Below are positions 17,937 through 31,380 of a DNA stretch of 64,000 nt, piece after piece. Origin of the DNA: Octopus vulgaris (Eukaryota); assembly GCA_951406725.2 (NCBI GenBank), contig OX597822.1:103106001-103170000 (forward strand). Direction: 5' to 3'. Each line of letters begins with the position of its first letter. Within the stretch, counting starts at the first letter, position 1. Under the pieces are notes generated by a model. That model had not been told where the DNA came from and did not search any database. It was given only the letters and a program-made list of their open reading frames with translations. The position numbers and the translations under genes were made by a program.

Positions 17937-18245
17937 GTGGAGGCACATGGCCTAGTGGTTGGAGCAGCGGTCTCGCGGCCGAGGGATCGCGGGTTCGAAT
18001 CTCAGACCGGGTGATGTGCGTGTTTATGAGCGAAACACCTAAGCTCCATGCGGCTCTGGCAGAAGGTAAGGGCGAACTTCTGCTGACTCTTTCGCCACAA
18101 CTTTCTCTCACTCTTTCCTCCTTGCATCTTGCAGCTCACCTGCGATGGACCGGCGTCCTGTCCAGGTGAGGGAACCTATATGCCAAGGAAACTGGGAAAC
18201 TGGCCCTTATGAGCCAGGCATCGCTCGAGAAGGAACAAACAAACA
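17937..18245 (+). mobile_element. tRNA-Arg-like SINE (family C, OR-like), representative copy
   Basis: Head ggaggcacatggcctagtggtt..ctcgcgg..ggttcgaatctc. Other copies with differing 3' tails at ~19855-20248, 27000-27302, 28768-29075, 49796-50105, 51146-51455, 56338-56642 and 60947-61325. Confidence 0.85.
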
Positions 18246-18294
18246 AAACAAAACAAACAGCTCACCGCCTTGAAGACATACAAAATATCGGCAG

Positions 18295-18508
18295 CAGAGG
18301 TAATAGTGATGATAGTGGTGGTGAAAGAGGTAATGGTAGTAGTAGTAGTAGGAGTAGTAGTAGTGATGGTGGTGGTAGTTGTAGTGGTAGTGAAAGTGGT
18401 GATACTTGTGGTGGTGGTAATTGTGGTGGTGGTATTGTTGGTAGTGGTAGTGATAGCTCTGATGGTAGTGATGGTGATAGTGGTGGTGGTGGTGGTGGTG
18501 GTAGTAGT
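18295..18508. repeat. (GGT/AGT/GAT)n low-complexity tract
   Basis: Degenerate trinucleotide repeat. It explains the spurious poly-T/V/G/H ORFs. Confidence 0.95.
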
Positions 18509-19144
18509 TAAAATGACGGTGATGGACAAATCTCACAAGAAAAGACGGAAAATAGTGCCCATATTTTACGCCAATCTGAATGGACTTATCACTCGTGACT
18601 GTTACCTCCCGTGTTGTTTCTGCAGCTTTTTACAGCAGCACTGAAGTGTCCTCTCCAGTTTGGCGCAGGAGAGTTTTCATTGTTACAGCAGAATATTTCG
18701 AAGGGTTTTAGATACTTGTCTTATCGTATCTTGTCCATAAGACTTACATTAAATTTGATTGAGACTTTGTATGTTTGTAACAGGGATAAGAAGGCTGCGT
18801 ATTCAAATCACGTCGGGGTCACCAATTGCAACAGGGATGAAGGTCTCTGGAACACTTGAGGTGTGCCGGTCTTATCCTATTACATTAAATTATTTTGCCG
18901 AAAGGAAAACCGAGACTTCGAATACCTTCAACAGCAATAAATAATATTTATTTTTCTGGATTCGCAATAATATATATACATAGGCGCAGGAGTGGCTGTG
19001 TGGTAAGTAGCTTGCTTATCGACCACATGGTTCCGGGTTCAGTCCCACTGCGTGGCATCTTGGGCAAGTGTCTTCTGCTATAGCCCCGGGCCAACCAATG
19101 CCTTGTGAGTGGATTTGGTAGACAGAAACTGAAAGAAGCCTATC

Positions 19145-19190
<46 letters not shown>

Positions 19191-20789
19191 ATATGTTTGT
19201 GTGTCTGTGTTTGTCCCCCTAGCATTGCTTGACAACCGATGCTGGTGTGTTTACGTCCCCGTCACTTAGCGGTTTGGCAAAAGAGACTGATAGAATAAGT
19301 ACTGGGCTTACAAAGAATAAGTCCCGGGGTCGATTTGCTCGACTAAAGGCAGTGCTCCAGCATGGCCACAGTCAAATGACTGAAACAAGTAAAAGAATAA
19401 AGAAAAGAATATATTTCTTTCAGAGCGAACCAGTAGCCATGGCCCATGAAACTAGTCACATTAGTTAACTTGTGTGAGCCAAATGCTGTCTCATTCCAGC
19501 ATAGAAGGGCTTCTCTACGTGTTGGCTTGCTTGGGAGACCCACGAGGTCATGTCCATTCAATTTGGCTGCAGCTTCGAAAAAGACAGATCCAGCAGGAAA
19601 TCCGGCTGTTGGTAGTTCTCTGCACATACGCATGAGGGAGCTTCCGGTGGCCTACCGGAAGAAATCCAACTCTGCGCATGTGTGCTGAAGACTTCCAAAA
19701 TGGTGTCACTACATGTTTATGCAATAATGTCAAAGGAATCTTCCCACCAAATTTCCAAAGTTTGTTAATACATGATGAATTTTTATGGAACTGAAAACTT
19801 CTTGGAAGGATGAGGTTAAGATTCAAACTGTTAAACTTTCCATATATATTAGAACTAGGAGGAAGCACTCTGTCGGTTACGATGACGAGGGTTCTTGTTG
19901 ATCCAAATCAACGGAACAGCCTGCTCGTGAAATTAACGTGTAAGTGGCTGAGCACTCCACAGACACGTGTACCCTTAACGTAGTTCTCGGGGATATTCAG
20001 CGTGACACAGAGAGTGACAAGGCCGGCCCTTTGAAATACAGGTACAACAGAAACAGGAAGTAAGAGTGAGAGAAAGTTGTGGTGAAAGAGTACAGCAGGG
20101 ATGATCACCACCATCCCCTGCCGGAGCCTCGTGGAGCTTTTAGGTGTTTTCGCTCAATAAACACTCACAACGCCCGGTCTGGAAATCGAAACCGCGATCC
20201 TATGACCGCGAGTCCGCTGCCCTAACCACTGGGCCATTGCGCCTCCACATTCAACTTTCCATATATATTAGAACTAACAGATCATTTCAAAGAAGAATTA
20301 ATCATGTAACACTCCAATAACAAAGAATATAAGAACTCACAGATATTTAAATTAGATTTATTAGTTTTGATACAGAGAATAAGAGACAGAATATTACAAC
20401 TTCCATTTTATAGTTCCTGAGAATTTAGCTTCAGCGACACTGAGATCAATACTTCTGTCTATATGCATATGTGAACATTACCTGTTTTGAAAACTTAATA
20501 AACAGTCAACTATTTTAGTAAATTCTTCAAATACCCAACATATAAATTTCCTTTCAGATGTTCATTTTCTTTTGTTTTTTTGATTTCTTTGTAGCACCTT
20601 AAATGCCATCATTAGTCAGAGCTACAACTGTTAAGTTCTTCATATTCAATCTTCCAGTTTCTGGCTGTTAATAATAGATTCCTGCTTTTCAAAGAGTCAA
20701 ATTTATATATTATGTATTCTACTGAGGTACTTACGATGAAATAATTTTATTTGTATTTTCACAAATTTGATTTTTACAAGAATTTCTCT

Positions 20790-20998
20790 TTAACCCTTTT
20801 TGTCATCACAGTCCTCTTGAAATATATTGTCTTTGATTCACTTAACTTTGAAAATAATGAAGAATTTAACAAAATATCTTCATCAGCATTAAACCAGTGT
20901 TTGGAACATAGATCAATATGAAAATCTGATGCAAGGTTTTACAGGGAGTATCCTTAAATAAGAGACAGTATCGGGTGGGTTGGTATCAAAAGGGTTAA
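20790..20998. mobile_element. piggyBac-type MITE
   Basis: TTAA-CCCTTTT ... AAAAGGG-TTAA ends. Confidence 0.6.
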
Positions 20999-21947
20999 AA
21001 GGGTTATAAGGCGGCGAGGTGGCAGAAACGTTAGCACGCCGGGCGAAATTCGTAACCGTATTTCGTCTGCCGTTACGTTCTGAGTTCAAATTCCGCCGAG
21101 GTCGACTTTGATTTCATCCTTTCGGGGTCGATTAAATAAGTACCAGTTATGCACTGGGGTTGATGTAACCAACTTAATCCGTTTGTCTGTTCTTGTTTGT
21201 CTCCTCTGTGTTTAGCCCCTTGTGGGTAGTAAAGAAATAGGTATCAAAAGGGTTACATTATATTTTTCAACTTTTGTTTTATTTTCGATAGATGTGTCCT
21301 TAGAATAGCCGAGGTGGATTTCTTGCCTCCAGCTTTACTTTAATTCTATATTTTTCTGTTTTAATTTGTAAAGTTTCTTTCTGTTTTCCTTTCCTGTTGT
21401 TATATGGTATTCAACCCTTTAGCTTTCAGATTATTCTGTTGATGTAACACTTATTAATTCTTTTGAGTTAATCCTGCATCATCTTGTAGCTTCGAGATTT
21501 CGATGACGTAAATGTTTATTTCTAAAATGACATGGTAACATAAGTATGAGGGGCTGGATCTGGCCAGTTTGAACATAAAACAGGTAGAATGTTTGGGCCA
21601 GATATCGCCAGTTTAAATGCTAAAGGTGGAATTTCTCTAAGCTATACTTCCATTCCATTCACGGCAATTTTAATAAATAACTTCTCCTTGCACTAAACAC
21701 TCTACCACCTGTATATTTTTATATATACCCTGCCAACATCTGATTTTGTGATGTACTCTCTATATAATGACGAATTCTTGGTTAAATGATCATCATTAAC
21801 ATTATTATTATTTCATTAATAATATTATGTTAGGATAGGTACTTTCACTAATTGGGAAAACATATTTTTAAATATACAAGTATACAGTTCATAATTTAAA
21901 AAAATCAGTCACTTAAATACCAATATCCGCTTTAAATTATTGAAATG

Positions 21948-22094
21948 CTATCCAAGAAGTAAGAATAGATCACCACACTTAGCTTTTATGTGGAAGTCGA
22001 GGTAATGTCCGCCACGTATTGGGCCGATGTTTATTGCCCCGATCTGTTTTTTCTGTTTATGAGCAGCCAAGAGAATTCTGTAGCTAGAATAAAC
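21948..22094 (-). CDS. SIRT4: SIRT4 coding exon 3 (terminal)
   Basis: tctcttag|VYSSYRILLAAHKQKKQIGAINIGPIRGGHYLDFHIKAKCGDLFLLLG*. 147 nt including TAG. Spliced product is 327 aa. Confidence 0.93.
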   Translation of the reverse strand, partial: VYSSYRILLAAHKQKKQIGAINIGPIRGGHYLDFHIKAKCGDLFLLLG

Positions 22095-22264
22095 CTAAGA
22101 GAAAATACAAACACTTTAGAATGGTAACAACGTAACACAAACCCCACCCAACAAAAAGAACATGCAACATTTTTAAAAGCAATAATACCTTAAACATTTT
22201 GTTATTATATTTGTTGAAATATATCCTTTTGTTTTAATTGATTTTCAAAATAATTAAGAATGTA

Positions 22265-22690
22265 GCACCATCTGTTCGTGGCCGTTGCCAGCCTCACCTG
22301 GCCTCCGTGCCGGTGGCACGTAAAAGCACCATCTGTTCGTGGCCGTTGCCAGCCTCGCCTGGCCCCTGTGCCAGTGGCACGTAAAAAGCACCATCTGATT
22401 GTGGCCGTTGCCAGCCTTGCCTGGCCAAGTGCCGGTGGCACATAAAAAGCACCATCCGTCCGTGGCCGTTTGCCAGCTCTGTCTGGCTCCTGTGCGGGTG
22501 GCACGTAAAGAGCACCCACTACACTCACGGAGTGGTTGGCGTTAGGAAGGGCATCCAGCCGTAGAAACACTGCCAGATCAGATTGGGCCTGATGCAGCCT
22601 TCTGGCTTCACAGCCCCCAGTTGAACCGTCCAACACATGCCAGCATGGAAAGCGGACGCTAAATGATGATGATGATGATGATGATGATGA
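22265..22690 (+). mobile_element. RTE 3'-tail element (family D) with internal ~60-bp tandem units, representative copy
   Basis: gtggcacgtaaaagcacc units, then ggagtggttggcgttaggaagggcatccagc..(GAT)n, matching the LINE 3' UTR at 10354-10700. Other copies at ~4410-4742, 8594-9113, 25628-25905, 46665-46995, 48170-48705, 49306-49460, 51668-52020, 56075-56325, 56668-57185 and 58172-58322. Confidence 0.9.
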
Positions 22691-22967
22691 TAAAATAATC
22701 AAAATATATACAAATGTATAAAAATATCAAGTATAAAATGTGTAATTACAAATATAAATAATATACTATATTATAAATGAGTCTTATGAAAAGAAATAAT
22801 AAACTATCAAACCTTTTATAAGCTATAGAAGTTACATAAATGTGTAAGAGGGTATATAAATACATAAACTCCTTTATCCTTTGATTCTAAATTCCATCCC
22901 TGAAGTTTATACTACTTATCCCTTTGGTTTTTCATTATATTCCCCCTTAATAATAATAATAATGAAA

Positions 22968-23188
22968 TTATTGTATACAGTGCTCAGGTGCACCACAACT
23001 TGTCAAAAGAGTGCGTATAAAGTATACGCAGTAATGTACAAATGTCTGGGAAGTGAACAGTGTATGAGTCAGATACATGCTTGCATGTATCTGATATGAT
23101 AATCAAAATAAGTAATATGTACATTACTGCATATGCTTTATATGCATACTTTCGACAAGTTGTGGTGCACCTGAGCACTGTATACAAT
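22968..23188. repeat. Inverted repeat (~72-bp arms) in SIRT4 intron 2
   Basis: attgtatacagtgctcaggtgcaccacaacttgtc..gtaatgtaca pairs with tgtacattac..gacaagttgtggtgcacctgagcactgtatacaat. Confidence 0.85.
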
Positions 23189-24026
23189 ATGATAATCAAG
23201 GTAAGTATTGGCCACCCCTATCCTTCTTTCTTCCAATTATCACCCCTTCTCCATCAGGCATCCCCTTACTACTAACCCTACGCCTACCATTTTGTGTAGA
23301 TAATGCTAGATATATGGTTCCAGTATATTGAGGGCCTAGCAGATTGTCTGACAGTAACTGATTTATCACAAATTAACTGGAATACAGTTGACAACTCCCA
23401 ATGGATTTGACTCTAAACGGTCGAAGACTACATCTTACATGAAGCCTTATAAATATAAGTAACTCAGCAAGGTATACTTTTTTACTTGTTTCAGTCATTT
23501 GACTGCGGCCATGCTGGAGCACCGCCTTTAGTCGAGCAAATCGACCCCGGGACTTATTCTTTTGTAAGCCCAGTACTTATTCTATCGGTCTCTTTTGCCG
23601 AACCGCTAAGCGACGGGGACGTAAACACACCAGCATCGGTTGTCAAGCAATGCTAGGGGGACAAACACAGACACACAAATATATACTTATATACGACAGG
23701 CTTCTTTCAGTTTCCGTCTACCAAATCCACTCACAAGGCATTGGTCGGCCCAGGGCTATAGCAGAAGACACTTGCCCAAGATGCCACGCAGTGGGACTGA
23801 ACCCAGAACCATGTGGTTGGTAAACAAGCTACTTACCACACAGCCACTCCTGCATTATTTTCTAAACTCATTCTGCCACATATATGACAAAAGCAAACAA
23901 CGTAAATATTTTGAGTTCCATTATTGACGTGAATATGTCAAGGAAATGGTTGTGCGCTTTATGTTTGAAGTCTATGTGGTTATCTGACGAGAAAGGTTTC
24001 TTTCAAATGATGTCATGTTTCCATTT

Positions 24027-24740
24027 GTAGTGACGCCATATTGGAAATCTCCAGCATGCATGCGCAGGGTTGGAGTCTTCCGGAAGTTCCCTCATGCACA
24101 TACGCAGAAAACTAGCAGCAGCGAAATTCTCTTGTATTGCTCTCTTTTGACGCTAGCAGCTGAACAAGACAGACATGTCTCCATCTGCTACCTCGTGGCA
24201 CCTCTCCGCTATGCTTGAATGAGCAGGATTGACTCACTTCCACTTGACTACTGCCGATATAGCTCTTAGGTTGCCGATTCGCCCAGAGGAAGGAAATGTT
24301 TATATTTCGAATCATAGAATAAATCACGTTGGGGTCACCAATTGTAACAGGATGAGAGATTCCCCGCACTGGATGGGTGCAGCTCGCATCCTTTACATTA
24401 AATATTAATCGAAGAAAGAGTCAAGATTTCCGATTAAATTCAACAGTATAAATATTTATTCTTTGATTCACAATATGAACATTTCCTTCCTCTGGGTGAA
24501 TTGGCAACCTAGGAGCTTATTGGCAGTAGTCAAGTGGAGTGAGTCAATCCTGCCCATTCAAGCATAGCGGAGATGCTCCACAAGGTACCAGCTCAAGAGA
24601 GCTGATGGAGACATGTCTGTCTTGTTCAGCTGCTGGTGTCCAAGAGAGCGATACCAGAGAATTTCGCTGCTGCTAGTTTTCTGGAAGACTCCAGCCCTGC
24701 ACATGTGTGCTGGAGATTTCCAATATGGCATCATTGCACA
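24027..24740. mobile_element. Fold-back element with ~290-bp imperfect TIRs
   Basis: ~24027-24315 is inverted relative to ~24463-24740. A partial related copy at ~18775-19712 is interrupted by a SINE. Confidence 0.8.
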
Positions 24741-25066
24741 TTGATCAATTAAAGGAGTCACTTGAAACAGCTGTAATGAATTGACACCTGTACATCTCTG
24801 TTACTCATTTATAAAAAAAAAAAAATTATATATCTATGTGTGTTTTTATGTTTGTTTAAGTTGGTTTCCCACTGCTGCTTGATAACTGGTGTTGGGTTGT
24901 TTATGTCTATGTAACTTACTGACTCAGCAAAACAAAAAAAAAGGAGACCGATAAAATAAGAATCAGATTTAAAGAAATAAATGGTGAGGTTGATTTCTTT
25001 GACTAAACCCCTCAAGGCAGTGCCCCAGCATGGCCACCGTCCAATGACTGAAACAAGTAAAAGACA

Positions 25067-25114
<48 letters not shown>

Positions 25115-25119
25115 AGGAA

Positions 25120-25412
25120 AAGAAGAAGTTCTTAAGCAGATCAGGCCGAAAATGTCACTAGAAGCTGGGATCACCAAGCATAGATTGGCATATTTTGGTC
25201 ATATTATGTGGAGAAAATCCCTGGAGAAGGACATCATGCTCGGAATGGTCAGTGGCAAGAGAGGAAGAGGCTGACCAAGAACCCGCTGGCTTGACACCAT
25301 CAGGAGTGATACCGGAATGGACATGGCCAATCTGAGGGAAGTGGCCCAGGATAGAACTGATTGGAGGACACTGATCCAACAAGTGACCGAGAGTCGACTT
25401 TGACTGGGCGGA
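25120..25412 (+). mobile_element. 3' fragment of a BovB-like RTE LINE
   Basis: Translates to RLAYFGHIMWRKSLEKDIMLGMVSGKRGRG*PRTRWLDTI...DRTDWRTLI. Confidence 0.75.
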
Positions 25413-26499
25413 TAGAGAGATAGAGAAGGAAAAGGAACTAGTCAGGATTTGGGATAATTCTTTGTTTAGCACTTTCATGCATTCACGAAAATTTAAAAAA
25501 AAAAAAAAAATTTTTTTTCTTTTTAAAAGAATCCTCATGAATAAAGAATTATCCAAAATTCTGACTGCCTCCTTTTTCTTAATATACAATATTTGTACAT
25601 CACTTCAAACACTTTATACATGCATATGCCAGCGCCGCCTCGACTGGCTTCTGTGCCGGTGGCACATAAAAAGCACCAACCGATCGTGGCCGATGCCAGA
25701 CCCCCCTGGCGCCTGTGCAGGTGGCACTTAAAAAGCACCCACTACACTCGCGGAGTGGTTGGCGTTAGGAAGGGCATCCAGCTGTAGAAACACTGCCAGA
25801 TCAGACTGGAGCCTGGTGCAGCCCTGGCTTCCCAGACCCCGGTCGAACCGTCCAACCCGTGCTAGCGCGGAAAACGGACGTTAAACGATGATGATGATGA
25901 TGATGACACACACACACACACATGCTAGAGTGTTACTGGTCATATGACAGGTAAAATAGGAAGTATACTTTTGTCACCATGGGTATTATCAAGAAATATA
26001 CAATAATACATACATATATAATAAGTATAATTTGACTTTTATCAAACTTCTTACTGCTTCTGGAAACTGATGAAATGAATACTAATTTTCAAAACAAAAA
26101 ATTAACATAGAATTAAATAACATGAATTTCTCATTTGTATAATTCCTTCCATAACAACACTAACTCCTCCTTCATTTCCATATTTCCTCACTCACTGTGT
26201 GTACATGTGTGTGTGTAGTGTTTCTTTACTCATTACCTGTCACCAAGCATAGTATGTGCACTCATCTAGCACCTCTTATTTTAACCTGCTCTCTGCATCT
26301 CTCTATTTCTCTCTCTACTTTCTCCCTATACAATGTAAACCAGCCAACCAACCAACCAACATTTATATTGGCCATTATTACACACACACACACACACACA
26401 CAAAACACATGCATTTCTCAAACACCTATTTCTTGGATGTGTAAAACAATCTTACATTATTAGCTGAGAGCTGAAATAAAAGGACTTAAGACAACGTAC

Positions 26500-26643
26500 C
26501 TGAAGTGATGTCCCAAGAATTAACAACGCATCACTTTCACTGATTTTGTCATATACAAAGTCTACCTTTGACTTTTCTACATTGTCACCAAAAAACACGA
26601 CCTCTGGCTTCAACAAACCACCACAATTTGGACACGGCGGAAT
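26500..26643 (-). CDS. SIRT4: SIRT4 coding exon 2
   Basis: Read manually: tttttag|IPPCPNCGGLLKPEVVFFGDNVEKSKVDFVYDKISESDALLILGTSLQ|gtacg. 144 nt, phase 0/0. Contains the second CxxC and the KPxVVFFG motif. Confidence 0.95.
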
Positions 26644-27745
26644 CTAAAAAAAAAACAAACATACAAATGAAATTTAATTTTAACTGTTTACTAAAACAAC
26701 TATCACTATATCCGATCAAATTTTTCAATGTAAAATGCTTAGAATTAGCAAAAAATATCTTATCTCTGGCATAAAATGTCAAATTGTTGGATCAGTAGAG
26801 GAATGATAAAAACCATTATTGGATATTAGCTGCTATTTCATTTTCCCTCAAAATAGCAGTTAGAGCTGCTTAGCAACATTAAGAAATCTTCTTTTTTTCC
26901 CCAGCTCATGAACAGCCAGTATTATTGTCTTTCCATATTTTTCATTTCTTAATGACACTATAATGGCAACTTCTCTTGTTCCTTCAATTTCCTTTTTTGT
27001 TGTTTGTTCCTTCTTGAGAGCCACGCCTGGCTCATAAGGGCTGGTTTCCCGGTTTCTTGGCGTATAAGTTCCCCACCTGGATGGGATGCCAGTCCGTCGC
27101 AGGTGAGCTGCAAGATGCAGGAGGAAAGAGTGAGAGAAAGTTGTGGCGAAAGAGTCAGCAGAAGTTTTGCCATTACCTTCTGTCGGAGCCGCGTGGTGCT
27201 TAGGTGTTTCGTTCATAAACACGCACATCGTCCGGTCTGAGATTCGAACCCGTGATATGTCAACGCGAGTTCTGCTCTAACCACTAGGCCATATGCCTCC
27301 ACCTTCAATTTCCTTGGAAAACAATGGCAGTCTAACAATGCAAACAACATAATCATTCATATCATCACTTCACACAGGGGACCCTTTGATTTGGATTTTG
27401 CAGCTTGGAGCTAACTTTGTGGCAAACAAGATATCCTCTGATACATGTCAGTTCCATCTACTGGTCAGTGTTTTTCCACCTGTTTTGGGCAGCAAAGTTA
27501 AGCACTTGGTTACTAGTCATTCAATCTACCGGTCATATCAAAGTATGGAGGCAGCAATTTTGAGACATACTTTTATGTTCAAGCAGAAGAAATTCCATCA
27601 ACTCCTCCATAAGGAAACACCAGGTGATAATCGACCTTCTCAACTGAGAAGAATGCATGATTTGGCTGAAGACAACCCATTCAAAGAATCTATGTTACGT
27701 TAATAATAAATCTCTGAACGAGGTATAAACAGTAGCTGCACGACA

Positions 27746-28371
27746 TTGTGAAGTATATTTGCCACTTAAATGTGGATAACCACTAAGGGTGGATGCTACT
27801 GTAGCTTGTAGACCCAGGAGAACATCTCCAGCTGGCTATTGACACACTTTCTGTGCCTTATCAATGTTTGCAAAGGGAAGCCATCCTTCCCATTGTCGAC
27901 CTGACGTGATACACACAGACCCGAGTTTCTGGGTATTTACCTGTCATCAGTGCACGACAATCACTGGTCTTATACAATACATATATCCTTTTTCTAGTGA
28001 CGAAAAGTCACTGATCTCGAAAAAGTGTAAACAAGCAATAATAAGTCTCTGGGTGAGTTATAAACAGTAGCTGCACGACAATATGAAGTATATTCGTCAC
28101 TGGAAAAAGGATATATGTATTTGCATTGGGACCCCTTTGCATCGAAGACCGGTGATTGTCATGCGCTGATGGCGGGTAAATATCCAGAAACCTGGGTCTG
28201 TGTGTATCACGTCAGGTCCATAATGGGAAGGATGGCTTCCCTTTGCAAATAATGATAGGGCACAGAAAGTGTGTCAATAGCCAGCTGGAGGAGGTGTCCT
28301 CCTGGGGCTACAAGCTACAGTAGCATCCACTCTTAGTGGTTAGCCACATTTAAGTGGCAAATATACTTCAC
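27746..28371. mobile_element. Fold-back element with ~260-bp inverted arms in SIRT4 intron 1
   Basis: tgtgaagtatatttgccacttaaatgtgg... (27746-28003) pairs with ...ccacatttaagtggcaaatatacttcaca (28093-28371). A diverged single arm lies at ~895-1165. Confidence 0.85.
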
Positions 28372-30968
28372 ACATGTTATGGTGGTTTTTCTTTTTCTGC
28401 CTTCCACCTAATGCACAAACTATTTTAACAACCATAAGGGGGCAGAGTTCTGTTTATCAGTTAGTGGAATTAGCAGCTGGTATTATGGATATTCTATCTC
28501 CAAACACCAGTAATACTGAAACTTATTCTCTCGTATCTTTGATATCCTTCAAGCTGGCATTGTTTTGTAAGATGACTGGTGAGAAAATACAAACCCTAAA
28601 GGATAAGCTTGAGTTTCCAAGGTTCTGTCTGAGCTTGAATTCTTGAGGCTGGAGGTTTTTGAGAAAGAGATTTTACAGCACTTGCAGGAATTCTTCATCT
28701 TTCTGTTGGTATCACAGTCATTTTGGAAAGGACTTTCTTGCACTTTAAATCATCTACTCAATACCAAGGTGGAGGCACATGGCCTAGTGGTTAGAGCAGT
28801 GGATTTGCGGTCGAGGGATAGTGGGTTCGAATCTCAGACCGGACAATGTGTGTGTATATGACCGAAACACCTAAGCTCCACGCGGCTCCGGCAGAAAGCA
28901 ATGGTGAACTTCTAATGGTGACTCTTTCACCACAACTTTCTCTCACTCTTTCCTCCTGCATTTTGCAGCTCACCTGCAACGGACCAGTGTCCCGTCCAGG
29001 TGGGGAACCTATACGCCAAGGAAATTGGGAAACTGGCCCTATGTGCCAGGCATGGCTTGAGAAGGAACAAACAACTCAAAACCAGGAACACTGCATTGCT
29101 AGAGATTAAATGTGACCAGATCTCTTCTGGCTTTGTGTTTTGCATTCAAATGCTGCTGAGGTTGACTTTGCTTTTCATCCTTTTGCATTTGATAAAATAA
29201 GTTCCAACTGAGCACTGAGGGCAAAGATATCAACGTACCCCTTCCCCTAAAATTGCTGGCCTTGTGCCAAAATTTGAAACCATTATCATTATTGTTATAG
29301 TTAATAATAAATATTTCTTTACTACCCACAAGGGGCTAAACACAGAGGGGGCAAACAAGGACAGATAAAGGGATTAAGTCGATTACATCATCCCCGGTGC
29401 GTAACTGGTACTTAATTTATCGACCCCGAAAGGATGAAAGGCAAAGTCGACCTCGGCGGAATTTGAACTCGGAACGCAACGACAGATGAAATACAGTTAT
29501 GCATTTCGCCCGGCGTGCTAACGTTTCTGCCATTTTGGCGCCTTCTTATTGTTAATAATAAAGTTAATCTCCCAAAGTTATCTTTGCTTTTCATCCTTTA
29601 GGGGTCAACAGAATATTATATCAAGTGAGGTGGAGGGTGAGGTCAATGTAATAAACTAACCCCTTACCCTCAAAAATTGCTGACCTTACTCTTTACTCTC
29701 TTTTACTTGTTTCAGTCATTTGACTGTGGCCATACTGGAGCACCGCCTTTTAGTCGAGCAAATCGACCCCAGGACTTATTCTTTGTAAGCCTAGTACTTA
29801 TTCTATCGGTCTCTTTTGCCAAACCCCTAAGTTACAGGGACGTAAACACACCAGCATCGGTTGTCAAGCAATGTTGGGGGGGACAAACACAGACACACAA
29901 ACATATACACACACACACATACATATAATAATACATATATACATACATATATACGACGGGCTTCTTTCAGTTCCCGTCTACCAAATCCACTCACCAGGCA
30001 TTGGTTGGCTCGAGGCTATAGTAGAAGACATGCAGTGGGACTGAACCCGGAACCATGTGGTTGGTAAGCAAGCTACTTACCACACAGCCACTCCTACACC
30101 TAAAATTTCTGCCAAAATTTGAAAGAATTATCAAAGTGGCAAGCTGGCAAATTTGCTAATGTGTCATTCGAAAAGTACTATTAGTCAATATAATTGACTA
30201 ACTCTTTCCTCCAAATTTTTGACCTTGCTTCTATATTTCTATATTTAAAAAATTCACTGTTTATGCTTTACTTGCAGTTTTGTTTAGTTAGTCAGCAACA
30301 GAACCGATAATTCTATAAATCATCTGGGATATAGTTAAAAACCTGAAGTTATAAATACATAGATTTTTTTGTAGAGGCAGCGAAGTTACATAATATGATT
30401 CCATAGATGTTATTGTCCTCACTGACCCAGTGAAACATTTATGGAAAAAAAACAAAACATATCAAGGAGAGAGCCTCTACGTGGTCGATAGATCTGCTAG
30501 AAATTGCATGCAACCAAAATTTCTTCCAACATCACACAATCGTGTTAAAAATAGTAAAAAAAAAAACAACAAAAAACAAAAAAAAAAATACAATGTCTGG
30601 TGAAAGATGGATTTGTTACAGCTGGAGCACTTTTGATTATAATAAGTCTGCTCGTCAGAGATGACCGATGGGAGAAGAAGAAGAAGAAGAAGAAGATGAT
30701 GATGATGATGAAACACGTTTGGTTCTGACGAATACTGACCGAAACTTACATCAGATATGTGTCAGTGTGTTGTTATTATATAGCCTCAGGTAAGCCCTAA
30801 TCGAGCAGACCTATGATCCAAGTAATTCCAAGACTAGACCATGTTTCTTCTTCTTCTTCTTCTTCTTCTTCTTCTTCTTCTTCTTCTTCCAGTCACAGTG
30901 TATTCCAGAGTTACATAATTAAGAAGCCACAGTGTATTGCGAAGTTACATAATTAAGAAGTCACTTTG

Positions 30969-31380
30969 TCGAACGATATCATCTGGATCTTTGGTGCTTA
31001 TACCCGAGTTCGAACGATATCATCTGGATCTTTGGTGCTTATACCCGAGTTCGAACGATATCATCTGGATCTTTGGTGCTTATACCTGAGTTCGAACGAT
31101 ATCATCTGGATCTTTGGTGCTTATACCCGAGTTCGAACGATATCATCTGGATCTTTGGTGCTTATACCTGAGTTCGAACGATATCATCTGGATCTTTGGT
31201 GCTTATACCCGAGTTCGAACGATATCATCTGGATCTTTGGTGCTTATACCTGAGTTCGAACGGTATCATCTGGATCTTTGGTGCTTATACCCGAGTTCGA
31301 ACGATATCATCTGGATCTTTGGTGCTTATACCTGAGTTCGAACGATATCATCTGGATCTTTGGTGCTTATACCCGAGTTC
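30969..31380. repeat. 41-bp minisatellite, 10 copies
   Basis: Unit tcgaacgatatcatctggatctttggtgcttatacc(c/t)gagt, with no spacers. Confidence 0.97.

Noticed and set aside
17937-18010. tRNA-Arg gene (also at 51146, 56338 and 60947)
   Set aside because: These are tRNA-like heads running straight into SINE bodies, with diverged stems and many copies.
18176-18644. Mucin-like, poly-Val or His-rich ORFs
   Set aside because: A trinucleotide low-complexity tract following a SINE.
30724-30755. Hammerhead-like CTGACGA...GAAAC
   Set aside because: Stems II and III cannot form convincingly.
30969-31380. CRISPR-like regular repeat array
   Set aside because: The units are contiguous with no unique spacers, there are no cas genes, and the context is a eukaryotic intron.
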